The position numbers and the translations under genes were made by a program. Below the pieces are notes generated by a model. That model saw only the letters and a program-made list of their open reading frames with translations, did not search any database and was not told where the DNA came from. Source: Mobula hypostoma (taxonomy: Eukaryota). From it: 64,000 bases of DNA. The stretch is from positions 236,778,001 to 236,842,000 of the forward strand of contig NC_086098.1 of assembly GCF_963921235.1 (NCBI RefSeq), given 5' to 3'. Every line of letters begins with the position of its first letter. Position 1 is the stretch's first letter. This document shows, piece after piece, positions 62,861 through 64,000 of the stretch.

Positions 62861-64000
62861 GGGTGAAAGGAGAGACTAGGATAGGGGGTGTTGACTGATG
62901 CATGAGCTGTGGGTAACGGTGGGAGGGCCGGATAGTGGTGAAGGGGAGTGTCGGATAGTGGGATATGGGAAAACGGCCGGACATTGGGAGAGAGGAATAG
63001 GGAGGGAAGAGGTGAGATGGTGAGAGAATGCACTAAGGTTTCTGTGGAAAAGGGGAGTTAGTTTCATCTTCCGATCATCCCCACCAGTGCCAGTTAACTG
63101 GTAGACTGGTGACGGGGTGACTTGTAGTTCTCTCAACAGAAAGGATGGATTGAGTTATCACTAGTGCGTCATGCCGATAATTTGCAAAGCTTTTGCGGGT
63201 TGATATAAATCTGCCGGTGCAAAAGCGAAGCCGACACACATTTGTTCATTTAATCTATCTAACTAGATTGAATTAATTGCGGATCTGGGTTTGCTAGGAG
63301 TATTTTATTTAGTTTACTTAGTAATGGGTCTAACAAAGTTTGAAATAGTTCTGGAGCAGTGCTGGAGGAGCTGAGTATCACGTGATGAGTGCCAAAGCGG
63401 TTGGGATGGTCAGGGAGGTAGGGTGCTGGGAGTGAAGACAGAGACTGGTGAAATAAGAAAGACCTCAAAATAAAAGTTATGGTGTGAAGTCTTTGTAAGG
63501 AATAGATCTAAACTTGCAAAGTGCACAAAATGCTGGAGGAACTCAGCAGGCCAGGTACCGTCCATGGAAAAGAGTATAGTCAACGTTTTGAGCTGAGACC
63601 CTTCATCAGGACACAAAAAAAAATGAGGAGTCAGAGTTACAAGATGGGGGGGGAGGGGAGAAAGAAACTCAAGGTGATAGGTGAAACCGTGAGGGGGAAA
63701 GGGGTTAAGTAAAGAGCTAGGAAGTTGCTTGGTGAAAGAGATAGAGGGCTGGAGAAAGGGAAATCTAATAGAAGAGGACAGAAGACATTTGAAGAAGGAA
63801 AAGGAGGAGGGGTACCAGAGGGAGGTGATGGGCAGGCAAAGAGATAAGGTGAGAGAGGAAAAGTGAAGGGGGGGTACATTACCAGAAGTTAGAGAAATCA
63901 ATGTTCCTACCATCAGGTTTAAGCTACCTAAATGGGATAGAAGGTGTTGCTCCTACAACCTGAGTGTGGCTCATCGTGACAGTAAAGAAGCCCATTGATT

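Overview
Eukaryotic (vertebrate) genomic DNA, very rich in repeats. The CR1, Rex1-like, Penelope and V-SINE landscape suggests a cartilaginous fish, probably a ray; this is an inference. Two intact + strand genes are present. One is a LINGO-family LRR-Ig transmembrane gene with a single-exon CDS (5193-6866). The other is a complete 14-exon class-7 (GPI-type) semaphorin (24887-57148, 636 aa), which I assembled by hand with every splice phase compatible. A CpG-island, probably bidirectional, promoter lies at ~62.0-62.9 kb; a candidate compact minus-strand gene runs from it. The standout is a 3.74-kb Ty3/Gypsy LTR element in semaphorin intron 9 (43638-47378, minus strand). It has 223-bp LTRs, a 5-bp TSD, a PBS-like motif and a PPT. 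Its RT/RNaseH/integrase region has been replaced by a spliced, essentially full-length SUDS3 (Sin3-HDAC subunit) mRNA copy fused in frame to the retroelement protease, i.e. LTR-mediated host-gene capture. Tc1, hAT-Charlie and Chapaev3-like DNA transposon remnants are also present. All family assignments are by motif recognition; no searches were run.
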